Assembly (NCBI GenBank): GCA_050013715.1
Contig: JBEKES010000010.1
Location: 1 to 26,848 of the forward strand
DNA length: 26,848 nucleotides
From: Candidatus Micrarchaeaceae archaeon
Lineage (GTDB): Archaea; Micrarchaeota; Micrarchaeia; Micrarchaeales; Micrarchaeaceae
Direction: 5' to 3'
The notes beneath the pieces were generated by a model that saw only the letters and a program-made list of their open reading frames with translations, was not told the DNA's origin and made no database searches. The position numbers and the translations under genes were made by a program. Numbering within the stretch: position 1 is the stretch's first letter; every line of letters begins with the position of its first letter. Positions 1-8,600 of this stretch are shown in pieces.

Positions 1-1
1 G

Positions 2-352
2 GGAATATTCGGAATACCTCTTGGAGTTGCATCGGTAGGGGGATTGCTTATGCTCATAGGCTTTGCATTCGATACAGACATACTTGCAGCAGTAAGAATA
101 CTCAAAAGGAGCGATGGAACACCTGAGCAGCGCGCACTTTCCTCATTTAAGACAGGAACCACTATGACCATAACTGCGCTAATATCATTTTCAGTTCTTT
201 TCGCAGTTTCCTATTTTGCATTCATACCAACTTATCTTGAAATCTCAGGAGTTGTAATAGTCGGATTAGTTGGCGACATAATAACCACATGGCTTTGCGA
301 CGTGCCCATAGTACTGTGGTACAAGAAAAGAAAAGAGGTGCACAACAAATGA
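2..352 (+). CDS. secF: Protein translocase subunit SecF (5'-truncated by window edge)
   Basis: Frame is open from position 2 (GIPLGVASVGGLLMLIGFAFDTDIL...). It has the SecF TM motif LxLIGxxxDxDIL, and its TGA overlaps the secD ATG (ATGA 349-352). Confidence 0.85.
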   Translation, partial: GIFGIPLGVASVGGLLMLIGFAFDTDILAAVRILKRSDGTPEQRALSSFKTGTTMTITALISFSVLFAVSYFAFIPTYLEISGVVIVGLVGDIITTWLCDVPIVLWYKKRKEVHNK

Positions 353-1941
353 GCAATCAGCACAGCATTAAAGGTTACTTGAAAGACAGGAGAATATGGC
401 CGCTTATTGTTATTGTTGTTGCTCTTGCGCTTCTTGACTGGCACTATGGATTGCACTTCGGAATAGAGTTCGTAGGAGGAACGCAGATACCCATAACGCT
501 TGAGCATCCAGTAAACGTAACTGCAATGACTGGTCTAATTACTGCACTGCAGGAAAGGGTCTCGACTTTCGGACTGAAGCAAATTACCGTTGAAGGAGTT
601 GGATCGTCGGAAGTATACTTAACAATACCAACGGTTTCGCCCAGTGAAATCAATCAAACTATAGACATAATACAAAGCCAGGGAAAATTCGACGGAATTG
701 TAAATGGCAATGAAGCGATAAACGGCAGCGACATATTGAAGGGAAGCATAGGACAATTAACTCCAACAGTTAGCAACGGCTCGGTTTCGTGGACAGTAAC
801 TTTCTATGTAACAAATGCAGCTGCACAGAAGTTCGAAAAGGTTGTGTTTGGACAGTCGAACCAGCCTTTGTATATGTTCCTTGACAGGCCAAGCGGAGTT
901 GTTCTGCTAATCAACAGCTCGCAGATTTCCAATACTTCGTTGGGAATCACCCAGGCGCAGGCTCTTTCGATAATGCAGAGCGCGTTGCGATACAGCAACC
1001 AGACAATAACAGTAATGAGTGTCTCAAACACAAACTCAAGCATAGCAGGAACCGAACGATTCTTTGCGGCAAACAAGGGCAGATACAAGCAGGTCATTGC
1101 AAGCGCCAACATAAACAGGACATTGATAAATTACCTGCAAAGCAACAACTACACTATAAAGCTGGAAAGCAGAGCAAACATGAGCCCTCAATACACAAAG
1201 ATTTCAATAAACCAGACGATAGTGCAATCATGGCCAATTGTCGGGCTTCTTTCCGCGCCTTTGTTGAATCCTTCAATAACAAACGGAAGCGTAAGCGACA
1301 GCTATGAAATATCTGGTGTCGCGCCAACAACGCTTACTTCAACTCAGCAGCGATTGCTTTACGCGCAAAATCAGACAAAGACAATTGCAAGCATATTGAA
1401 CGGAGGTGCATTGCCCGTTGCGATAATTGCAGGAACTCCAACAACAATACCTCCAACATTGGGAAGCTACTTCCTTTATGTTAGCGGAATAATAGGAGCC
1501 ATTGCAATCGGATTGGTTTCGCTTTTCATTGTGATAAGATACAGAAAGATATTCCTTGTTGCTCCAATATTAATAACAACTGCAATGGAACTATTTATAA
1601 TAGTCTCGATAATAGGATTGGTGGGAACAATCGACCTTGCAGCAGTTGCAGGTATGATTGCAGTTGTAGGAACAGGAGTCGATGCTCAGATAATAATTAC
1701 AGATGAGCTGCTTTCAGGAGGAAAGGAGACAGGCTCATCAAAGACAGTTCTTGGCAACGCTTTCTACATAATATGGGCCGATGCAGCATTGCTTGTAATT
1801 GCAATGCTGCCTTTGTTCTTCTCAACTTCGCTTGTTACCGTTGTTGGATTCTCGGAATCCACGATAATAGGTGCAATGCTTGGTGTGCTCATAACAAGGC
1901 CGGCCTACAGCGCGATACTGAGCCGTCATTATTCTGATTAA
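349..1941 (+). CDS. secD: Protein translocase subunit SecD
   Basis: N-terminal TM then GLHFGIEFVGGT; ERVSTFGLKQ; C-terminal TMs with IDLAAVAGMIAVVGTGVDAQIIITDE. ATG 349 (after GAGGTG, overlapping the secF stop) is preferred to the track start at 289. Confidence 0.9.
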   Translation: MSNQHSIKGYLKDRRIWPLIVIVVALALLDWHYGLHFGIEFVGGTQIPITLEHPVNVTAMTGLITALQERVSTFGLKQITVEGVGSSEVYLTIPTVSPSEINQTIDIIQSQGKFDGIVNGNEAINGSDILKGSIGQLTPTVSNGSVSWTVTFYVTNAAAQKFEKVVFGQSNQPLYMFLDRPSGVVLLINSSQISNTSLGITQAQALSIMQSALRYSNQTITVMSVSNTNSSIAGTERFFAANKGRYKQVIASANINRTLINYLQSNNYTIKLESRANMSPQYTKISINQTIVQSWPIVGLLSAPLLNPSITNGSVSDSYEISGVAPTTLTSTQQRLLYAQNQTKTIASILNGGALPVAIIAGTPTTIPPTLGSYFLYVSGIIGAIAIGLVSLFIVIRYRKIFLVAPILITTAMELFIIVSIIGLVGTIDLAAVAGMIAVVGTGVDAQIIITDELLSGGKETGSSKTVLGNAFYIIWADAALLVIAMLPLFFSTSLVTVVGFSESTIIGAMLGVLITRPAYSAILSRHYSD

Positions 1942-1961
1942 TTTTAAATTAAGGTGTTTTC

Positions 1962-2603
1962 ATTACAATATACTGCCCAACCTGCAATAGGTCCAGCGAC
2001 GACATTAGATTCATAGGCAATTTCTGCGAGGCATGCATAATTGAAAAATTAAAGAAGAAGGTTCCTGACAAGGCAACAATCTACCAGTGCAGATTCTGCG
2101 AACGAATAAAGGAAGCCAAGACCTTCGTTGCATTGAACAAAACAACGCTTGGCAATGCGATAAGAATAGAATTGAAACTGAATTGCCAGGTACGAGTTAG
2201 AGAATTCAGCACTAAGGAAGCAAAGACAGAAGTGATATTCGAAATGGACGAGCGGCAGAAGGTAGTATTTCCGAAGATTTTCGAGATCAAAATAGCACAT
2301 GAGACCTGCCAAAGATGCTATCAGATAAGCTCCGGGTACTATGAAGCAGTTATTCAATTGAGAGGAAACCGAATGAAGATAGAGAAACTTCATGAGAAAT
2401 TGAAGAAATACGTTGAAAAGAGAGGAGGCTTCATAGCAAAAGTTGACATGGTAGAGAATGGGGAGGACATTTACGTTAACGACAAGCTAATGACAAACGA
2501 GTTCTTTACATTCCATAGATTGAAGCCGATAAGATCATTTAGATTATACGGAATGCGACAGGGAAGAAAAGCCTACAGGAATACCTATTCGATGCATTTA
2601 TGA
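1962..2603 (+). CDS. nmd3: NMD3-family ribosome biogenesis Zn-finger protein, probable non-canonical ATT start
   Basis: The frame of ORF 2133..2603 is open back to 1953. It encodes CPTC, CEAC and CRFC upstream of the track start, plus CQRC...SGYYEAVIQLRG, the archaeal NMD3 signature. Confidence 0.85.
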   Translation: MTIYCPTCNRSSDDIRFIGNFCEACIIEKLKKKVPDKATIYQCRFCERIKEAKTFVALNKTTLGNAIRIELKLNCQVRVREFSTKEAKTEVIFEMDERQKVVFPKIFEIKIAHETCQRCYQISSGYYEAVIQLRGNRMKIEKLHEKLKKYVEKRGGFIAKVDMVENGEDIYVNDKLMTNEFFTFHRLKPIRSFRLYGMRQGRKAYRNTYSMHL

Positions 2604-2619
2604 GAACATTATATACCTT

Positions 2620-4107
2620 TTATCTATCAAGAGGTACAAACATATTGTACGTATCTGCTAGAAGATCTCCGTATTTGTCTCCAGTGTGCGGAAGCAATGG
2701 ACGCGTTGTGCATAGGCCCCTGGGAGTTAGTACATTTATTATGTGCATATATGCTTCATTCGCTTCTTCCCTAAACTGTTTATCAGGATGTGTCAATTCA
2801 GAGCCCAGAGTGACATAATCTAAATTAATGAACAGTTCGGGATCATTCAATAGGGCATTGCGCTCTTTTTCCCATAATGGATTTCTCCAGGAGCTGCCGC
2901 CAGGGGTTATGTCTTTGGCCAGGTGAGGACGTGCTACTGCACCGTATAATTCCGCAACGCGAATTGAAAACTCTGCATCCTGCTGCAGCGTATGCCTATT
3001 ACCAACTCTAACTTTGTTTTTGTTGTGGAATCCAAGTACCATTAAAGCTTCGGGAGTAATGCCTATTTCATTGCAGATCTTTAATGCTAGTTCTGCATCA
3101 TGGAGACTTCTATTGCCTTTGCCCTGGCTTTTCCACTCGGCTTCGGTGCTTCCGTCAACACCGAAACCCATTATTCTCAAACCCGATGAATTTATAAGAT
3201 CGCGGAGTTCGGGCTCTTTCTCGATTGCAGTTAAAAACGAATCTATTCTGCTTAATCCCCTCAATCTGAAATCCATGTTGTATTTCCTTCTCACATCAGT
3301 AATGTCTTTCAGAACTTCCTTAATCTTTTTAGGAGTTTGGAAGAAATCAAGAGAGGTTGTGTAAATATTAAGCTGTTTTATTCCGAACCCGTTGGCCATT
3401 TCACATATTGTGGAGAGATCTTCAACGATTGTATTACTGAACGTTTCCCTAACTACATTTCCGTCTCTGGTCCTTACGGCCTCGCAAAAGCTGCATGCGT
3501 ATTTGCAACCCTGAGACAGCATGAAGCTGAATTCGGACTTCAGATAGGTCTCGAGTTTTTGTGCATTCATTAACCTAATTCTTTGGGAAATAGGAGTATA
3601 GTAGGTATTTGGAATCTGGACAGGCAGTGAAAATGCTGCGCCTAGGTCAAGATCGTTCTTGATCTGCATGCCTGATTCTCCATATATTGCACTGAATTCA
3701 TGATTGCTTAAATACTCTATTCCTGGCCCACCAATCAAGGAGGGTTTGCCGGTAATATCGAAAACATGTTTTGATAGTCTTCTAGATATCGGTATGTATG
3801 GAGGACCTATGACCCCTATGCCTATTTTTGTATATTTTCCAATATCATCGGGCAAAGATTCTATGTTTAAATCAACGACATCAACAGCAATTCCGACAGC
3901 ATTCAGCTTTGAGGCAACCATTTCCAGGTCTATGGGCATCCATGTCTGCGCCACGTAGGATTTTTGATTAATTGATGTACTGCTTACTCCATAGGGATAA
4001 GGGCACCTTAATAGCAACATTGACCGGTCTTTAGATTCAGAGGTGCCTCTGGCAGTTGCTCTTAAGACATTAGTAACAGGCATTACTGTCCTCTGCATTA
4101 TTATCAC
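2620..4107 (-). CDS. Radical SAM protein with putative N-terminal B12-binding-like domain
   Basis: SQGCKYACSFC (CxxxCxxC). The N-terminal part resembles a cobalamin-binding fold (P..LEMVAS.L...G..V.VVDLN; IGGPG). The true start may be an ATG at 4098 or 4083. Confidence 0.8.
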   Translation of the reverse strand: MIIMQRTVMPVTNVLRATARGTSESKDRSMLLLRCPYPYGVSSTSINQKSYVAQTWMPIDLEMVASKLNAVGIAVDVVDLNIESLPDDIGKYTKIGIGVIGPPYIPISRRLSKHVFDITGKPSLIGGPGIEYLSNHEFSAIYGESGMQIKNDLDLGAAFSLPVQIPNTYYTPISQRIRLMNAQKLETYLKSEFSFMLSQGCKYACSFCEAVRTRDGNVVRETFSNTIVEDLSTICEMANGFGIKQLNIYTTSLDFFQTPKKIKEVLKDITDVRRKYNMDFRLRGLSRIDSFLTAIEKEPELRDLINSSGLRIMGFGVDGSTEAEWKSQGKGNRSLHDAELALKICNEIGITPEALMVLGFHNKNKVRVGNRHTLQQDAEFSIRVAELYGAVARPHLAKDITPGGSSWRNPLWEKERNALLNDPELFINLDYVTLGSELTHPDKQFREEANEAYMHIINVLTPRGLCTTRPLLPHTGDKYGDLLADTYNMFVPLDR

Positions 4108-4206
4108 TAAATATAATTACGATAAAGGTAATATAAAAAGTTTCCTACAACAGCAATATCAGAGATATTTGCTGAATGTGCTTGAATTAGATTTAGGTCT
4201 AGAATA

Positions 4207-4692
4207 CTAGGTTGATTTTATGTATACGCATGGAACAGCAGTATTTGTAGGGCAGTAGTTCTGCGCACTCACATTTACCAGATAAGTACCCTGCTGCGAC
4301 AATTGGGAGAGATAGCCGCTTACGTTCACTGGCGTATATGCAGTTATGTAGCTTGCACCTGCATTTGTATTAACTACGAATATTATCTCATGGCCTACTC
4401 CATTGGTTTGATTGCCTACATATATGTTCTGGACATTGGGAGGAACTTGCACAAGCACCAATTGTTTTGCTGGATATCCTTGCGAGCCTACGGCAGTTGC
4501 AATATCTGCAAGCTTAGTTGCAGTGCCCTGGGATTCCGTTGCGGCAAGCGTTGAGGTTGAGCTCGATATCTGTATAAATGCAAGTATAACTATTGGCAAG
4601 AGTATTACCAATCCAAAGGATAGCGTAACAAGAAGCTCCAGACTTGACTGGGCTTTGCTCTTCCTCTGCATCAATGGCCTTAATCCATTCAT
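4207..4692 (-). CDS. Class III signal peptide (type IV pilin/archaellin-like) protein
   Basis: RKSKA|QSSLELLVTLSFGLVILLP: basic leader, KA|Q cleavage site, Glu at +5, then a hydrophobic helix. Confidence 0.8.
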   Translation of the reverse strand: MNGLRPLMQRKSKAQSSLELLVTLSFGLVILLPIVILAFIQISSSTSTLAATESQGTATKLADIATAVGSQGYPAKQLVLVQVPPNVQNIYVGNQTNGVGHEIIFVVNTNAGASYITAYTPVNVSGYLSQLSQQGTYLVNVSAQNYCPTNTAVPCVYIKST

Positions 4693-5852
4693 TCTTCTAC
4701 ATCCCTAGATCTTTTTGATCGTTTATTGGTAATAATGCTCTCCTTTTCCTTTATTATCTTATGCTTCAGTTTCTTCAGAAGATCGTTCAATGCGTCTTCG
4801 AAAAGATATTGCGAGGTGTGCATGCTTATTATGCCGTGCCTTCCCAGCGAGAGCCTGGTCTGCATCTCATAGTGCTTTGACTTGCTTCTCTTTACCTTGA
4901 AGGTTATGTAATCTACGTCTATGCCGCTAAGCCGCTCTATGTTCTCAACAAAGGACTTGAGTTCCTCCCTTGCTGCATCTTCGTATTGATAAGTATTTGC
5001 ATCGAATCCTGAAAGGAAGACCTTGCGTTCTTCGATCTTCTTCCTTGCTATTACGCTTTCGAAGACGTCAGTTACTGTAACTATGCCCACAGGGGTGCTG
5101 TTCTTGACAACTATAAGCGAGGATATTCTATTCTCGACCATGTCCCTTACAGCTTCGGAAAGGCTTCTGTTGTATTCTATTGAGCGCGCATTCCTCTCCA
5201 TTACGCTCTTTATGTCTATGTTTGATGGATTATATGCAACTGTCTTCATTTCGGGCAATCGTTCGGATGCCTTTGCGGTATAGTGCTTGACTATGTCATA
5301 ATTGGTTATAAGCCCGACGAACTTGCTGTTTTGAAGTACCACCAACCTGTTTACATTTTTCTCGCGCATCGTTGCCTTTGCCTGGGACAGGCTTGCGTTG
5401 GCATCTATTGCAAGAACAGGAGTTGTCATCGCCTCGTTTACCTTGAGGTCCTCGAGTGTATTCAGAGACAGCAGTATCTTCAATAGCGTGTTTCTTTCCA
5501 ATACTCCAACAATCTTCGCTCCATTGGAGAAAGGGAGCGCCTTTACCCCAGATCTGTAGAAATAGAACACAAGATCATCTATTGAGGTGCTGTTCGTAAC
5601 TTTAGGTGCCTTTACGCTGAATCTCTCTATTTTCTCATTGGAGGGCATCTTAAGTCCCTGCTGAAGCCTGTACATGGTTCGCGTATCAACAACGCCGTAG
5701 TATTCCTTGTCCTTGTTTATTATTATCGCAGGATATTTCTTAAGATAGGGGCTTATCTTCGATAAGGGTGTTCTGTAATCCATACTTATGGTATCTGAAA
5801 TAAGTTCCTTTGGCACATTTTGTATTCTTTCCATATAATCATCAATAAACAT
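4689..5852 (-). CDS. CBS-domain protein with C-terminal HPF/RaiA-like domain (candidate ribosome hibernation factor)
   Basis: Four CBS repeats (e.g. MTTPVLAID...MREKNVNRLVV...GLITNYDIV). The last ~110 aa show a beta-alpha-beta-beta-beta-alpha pattern ending FEDALNDLLKKLKHKIIKEK. Confidence 0.75.
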   Translation of the reverse strand: MFIDDYMERIQNVPKELISDTISMDYRTPLSKISPYLKKYPAIIINKDKEYYGVVDTRTMYRLQQGLKMPSNEKIERFSVKAPKVTNSTSIDDLVFYFYRSGVKALPFSNGAKIVGVLERNTLLKILLSLNTLEDLKVNEAMTTPVLAIDANASLSQAKATMREKNVNRLVVLQNSKFVGLITNYDIVKHYTAKASERLPEMKTVAYNPSNIDIKSVMERNARSIEYNRSLSEAVRDMVENRISSLIVVKNSTPVGIVTVTDVFESVIARKKIEERKVFLSGFDANTYQYEDAAREELKSFVENIERLSGIDVDYITFKVKRSKSKHYEMQTRLSLGRHGIISMHTSQYLFEDALNDLLKKLKHKIIKEKESIITNKRSKRSRDVEE

Positions 5853-5905
5853 ATATATTCAAAAAAATGTATAATAACTTATTCATTAAAAGGTTTAAAT
5901 ACATT

Positions 5906-5976
5906 GCTCGGATGGCAGATCGGCTATGCGGCCGCCTGCAGAGCGGCAAAGGGGGATTCGACTTCCCCTCCGAGCT
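5906..5976 (+). tRNA. tRNA-Cys (GCA), no intron, CCA not encoded
   Basis: Acceptor GCTCGGA/TCCGAGC; D stem GCA/TGC; anticodon stem GCCGC/GCGGC with loop CT-GCA-GA; T arm GGGGA-TTCGACT-TCCCC; U73 discriminator typical of Cys. Confidence 0.93.
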
Positions 5977-5996
5977 TACTAATAATAGGGTTTGTG

Positions 5997-7679
5997 ATGG
6001 AAAAAAGAGCCAGCAGCAAAAAGCAAACAAAGGATTTTTTTGATAGATATGAATTAATGCTTGTAATTATGTTAATTGCTTCAGGAGTAATTATAAGAGC
6101 AATTCCGCTTATGCATCAGGGCTTCTATGAAAGCGACGTCTATTTCCATTATGTTGTTCTAAAGGAAGCTGTTTCGAATAATTTCATAGTTCCAAGTATA
6201 AATCCATTATCCGATAGGAATGGGTTGGTTTTCGAGCCAAAGGGATTCTATTATTTGACGCTTGTACCGTATTATTTCGTAAGGAATTTAATTTCCTTGT
6301 ATAGCTTTCTAAGGATAATTCCATTATTTTATGTAATATTGGAATTCATTTTATTTTATATTTTTGCAGGACAATTAATTAAAAACAGCAAATTTCAGTT
6401 ATTGGCGCTGTTTCTTCTTGTTTTTAGCATATCCAATATTTCACGAACATCTGCATTGACTTATAGAGGAGACGGATTCATAGGGATGTTTTTCCTTGCC
6501 TCCCTTATTCTTCTTGCATTGGCATATAAGTCGAAGAAGAACAATTATGTCTATGCATTGGGTTCGGTATTCGCACTGATTATTTGCGGTCTTGTCTGGA
6601 ATGGCAGCACTTTTGCTTTTGCAGTATTTGCGATTTCAGTAGTTGCCATTGCTTTTTACAGTTTCTTTGCTAACAATACAAATCTAAAACATAAAAGAAT
6701 ATTGAAAATATCTCTGATTATTTTAGCAGTGTTTGCGTTGGCAATTGTTTTAGGCACATACTTCTCAAATACGGCATTGTATTTATATTTCCAAAACGGC
6801 ATTGGTTCAAAGGTTGCATATTTGACAGTGTCGGAGCTTCAGCCGGTTAATCCATCTATAATTATAGGCTCAAACGGATTGGTTTCTATAATAACTCCGT
6901 TGTTCTATCCGATTTTAATATCTTCAATTGTTCCTTTGGCTTACAAGTGGATCCCTTTCCTTATAATTCTTGCAGTGATCCCTATTTACATAATTGCAAA
7001 TCTAAAGAAGAAAAATGAGGAATCAACTGAGGTAAAGATCATCGTGCTTTCTTATTTTGCAATCACTGCGTTCCTTTCAGTTTATGCAGTAAGGTTTCTG
7101 ACTATATTATCAATACCTGCCGCAATAATCGAGGCCTATACTCTATACTGGATATGTACAAGAATAAAGTCGAAATATGCAATAATTGGCTTGATTGCAT
7201 TTGTATTAATCATTCAGGCCCTAGCCGCAATTGTATTTGTTTACGGAACTCCATTTCCAAGCACGGTTAATAATCAATTCATAGAAGCCAACGATTGGAT
7301 AAACTTGAATCTTCCGACAAATGCAACGATAATTACTTACTGGAATTTCGGTGCAGAGGTAGAATTCTATACTAACAGAACAGCAACCGAAGACAGCATA
7401 GGCAATCAATTTACCAACAATACCTACCAATTATGGCTCATGAGCACAAATTCCAGCATTTCAAGCCTAGGCAAGCTCAATGCATCGTATCTCATGTTCA
7501 GGTACGATATGATGGGCGAGAGAAGATATATTTGCCTGGAGGCGCTTGCCTACAATTGCACAGCTTCCTATGTTAATTCAACAAGCACAAACATCTACAA
7601 AATAGATTCAAACCAAACAATAAACGGGCTTACCATTTTGTATTCAAACAATGATACAAGAATATACAGGCTAAACTAG
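5997..7679 (+). CDS. STT3/AglB-like (GT-C) membrane glycosyltransferase paralog with degenerate WWDYG motif
   Basis: ESDVYFHY, YRGDGF, TVSELQP, AVRFL and ITYWNFG in AglB order, with many TM helices. Start is ATG 5997 because the track start at 5820 runs through the tRNA. Confidence 0.75.
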   Translation: MEKRASSKKQTKDFFDRYELMLVIMLIASGVIIRAIPLMHQGFYESDVYFHYVVLKEAVSNNFIVPSINPLSDRNGLVFEPKGFYYLTLVPYYFVRNLISLYSFLRIIPLFYVILEFILFYIFAGQLIKNSKFQLLALFLLVFSISNISRTSALTYRGDGFIGMFFLASLILLALAYKSKKNNYVYALGSVFALIICGLVWNGSTFAFAVFAISVVAIAFYSFFANNTNLKHKRILKISLIILAVFALAIVLGTYFSNTALYLYFQNGIGSKVAYLTVSELQPVNPSIIIGSNGLVSIITPLFYPILISSIVPLAYKWIPFLIILAVIPIYIIANLKKKNEESTEVKIIVLSYFAITAFLSVYAVRFLTILSIPAAIIEAYTLYWICTRIKSKYAIIGLIAFVLIIQALAAIVFVYGTPFPSTVNNQFIEANDWINLNLPTNATIITYWNFGAEVEFYTNRTATEDSIGNQFTNNTYQLWLMSTNSSISSLGKLNASYLMFRYDMMGERRYICLEALAYNCTASYVNSTSTNIYKIDSNQTINGLTILYSNNDTRIYRLN

Positions 7680-7709
7680 AAAACTAGTAAGTTTAGAACT
7701 GGACTACTA

Positions 7710-7910
7710 TACAAGCCAGGAGAAACTAAGCCTTAATGTCAAATGCCCAGAATGGCTTCGATGTGGGTGAGCTAGAGGCTTCGGACTCAAGATGGTCTAA
7801 CAAGATAAATGCTTACGAAATACAAACCAATGCTCTAACCAGCGAGCTAGAGAAGTGCTCGGTTCTGTCGGCTTGGTCCTCTCGGAACCTCGCCTCCCTC
7901 GCTATTGTAA
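7710..7910 (-). ncRNA. Candidate structured RNA of unknown family
   Basis: GC-elevated intergenic block with four hairpins. G-U pairs favour the minus strand and an AAGCC motif recurs in three loops (see findings). Confidence 0.35.
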
Positions 7911-8042
7911 CTAATGCGATTGAAATCAAGAAGACTGTTGAAAAGGAATATGATATTTAATGTATTATACTATGAATATTACTTGGCGTATCTACCTATA
8001 ATATCTACATAGGTTTTGTAGTGTGTAGAGATGGTTATAAAA

Positions 8043-8354
8043 TCAACCATATACTGCGCCAAAACTTATTTTATAATTATAAAGTAAAAGTATTACAAAA
8101 ATTATAATTAAAATGATTAATAATGTAAATTCTATATTAGTTGCCAATTTTGACATTTTTTCATTTCTAATAATTGGTACAAGTGACAAAATAATCAAAA
8201 TTAGACCATATATACCAAAAAATAAAGGAAATGGATATAAACCACCAACAAAGGAAAAATAACTCAAAAATAATCCAACAAGAAATCCAGCAGTGGATAT
8301 AACTCCAGTAAAACGACTTGCTATATAACTTTTATTATTTTTTTTCTTAGTCAT
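8043..8354 (-). CDS. Small hypothetical membrane protein (about 3 TM)
   Basis: 103-aa ORF with basic N-terminus, three hydrophobic segments and a GTGAT-type RBS. Confidence 0.65.
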   Translation of the reverse strand: MTKKKNNKSYIASRFTGVISTAGFLVGLFLSYFSFVGGLYPFPLFFGIYGLILIILSLVPIIRNEKMSKLATNIEFTLLIILIIIFVILLLYNYKISFGAVYG

Positions 8355-8370
8355 AGAATCACAATCATCT

Positions 8371-8444
8371 TTAATTAAAAGTTACTATTGGGATCTTACC
8401 ATTTGCTGGATAGTTTCTTGTATAGGCCTTTTGTTGTTTTCCAT
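8371..8444 (-). pseudogene. Deletion remnant: gene start (MENNKRP) fused out of frame to gene tail YTRNYPANGKIPIVTFN*
   Basis: ATG at 8444 after a GTGAT RBS. Positions 8424-8371 encode a tail homologous to the one ending at 9150. Confidence 0.6.
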
Positions 8445-8474
8445 ATAATCACATATTTAATATTGTTCATATAA

Positions 8475-8509
8475 TTAAGATATATTGGAAAAGTTATTTT
8501 TGGAAGATG
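8475..8509 (-). repeat. Second copy of conserved gene tail (HLPKITFP..., 1-nt deletion relative to the 9150 copy)
   Basis: ttaagatatattggaaaagttatttttggaagatg versus ttaagacatatttggaaaagttattttcggaatatg at 9150-9185. Confidence 0.7.
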
Positions 8510-8600
8510 TATTATATTATGAATATCCACTTGACATATTTATGGATTTTGTGGCATTAAGAAAATCGTAGATAATTTTAATCTATAGTACTTTATCGAT

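Noticed and set aside
289..348. Upstream start for secD
   Set aside because: Overlaps secF by 64 nt; the ATGA-coupled start at 349 has an RBS.
5820..5996. N-terminal extension of the AglB-like ORF
   Set aside because: Overlaps tRNA-Cys and the start of the opposite-strand gene; ATG 5997 is more plausible.
7832..7849. tRNA D-arm-like TAGCTCGCTGGTTAGAGC on the minus strand followed by an anticodon-like TTGGT-TT-GTA
   Set aside because: No matching acceptor stem or TTCRA T-arm, even allowing for an intron; treated as part of the candidate structured element.
7736..7960. 74-aa plus-strand ORF
   Set aside because: No RBS or recognisable motif, and it coincides with hairpin-rich sequence; not excluded but unsupported.
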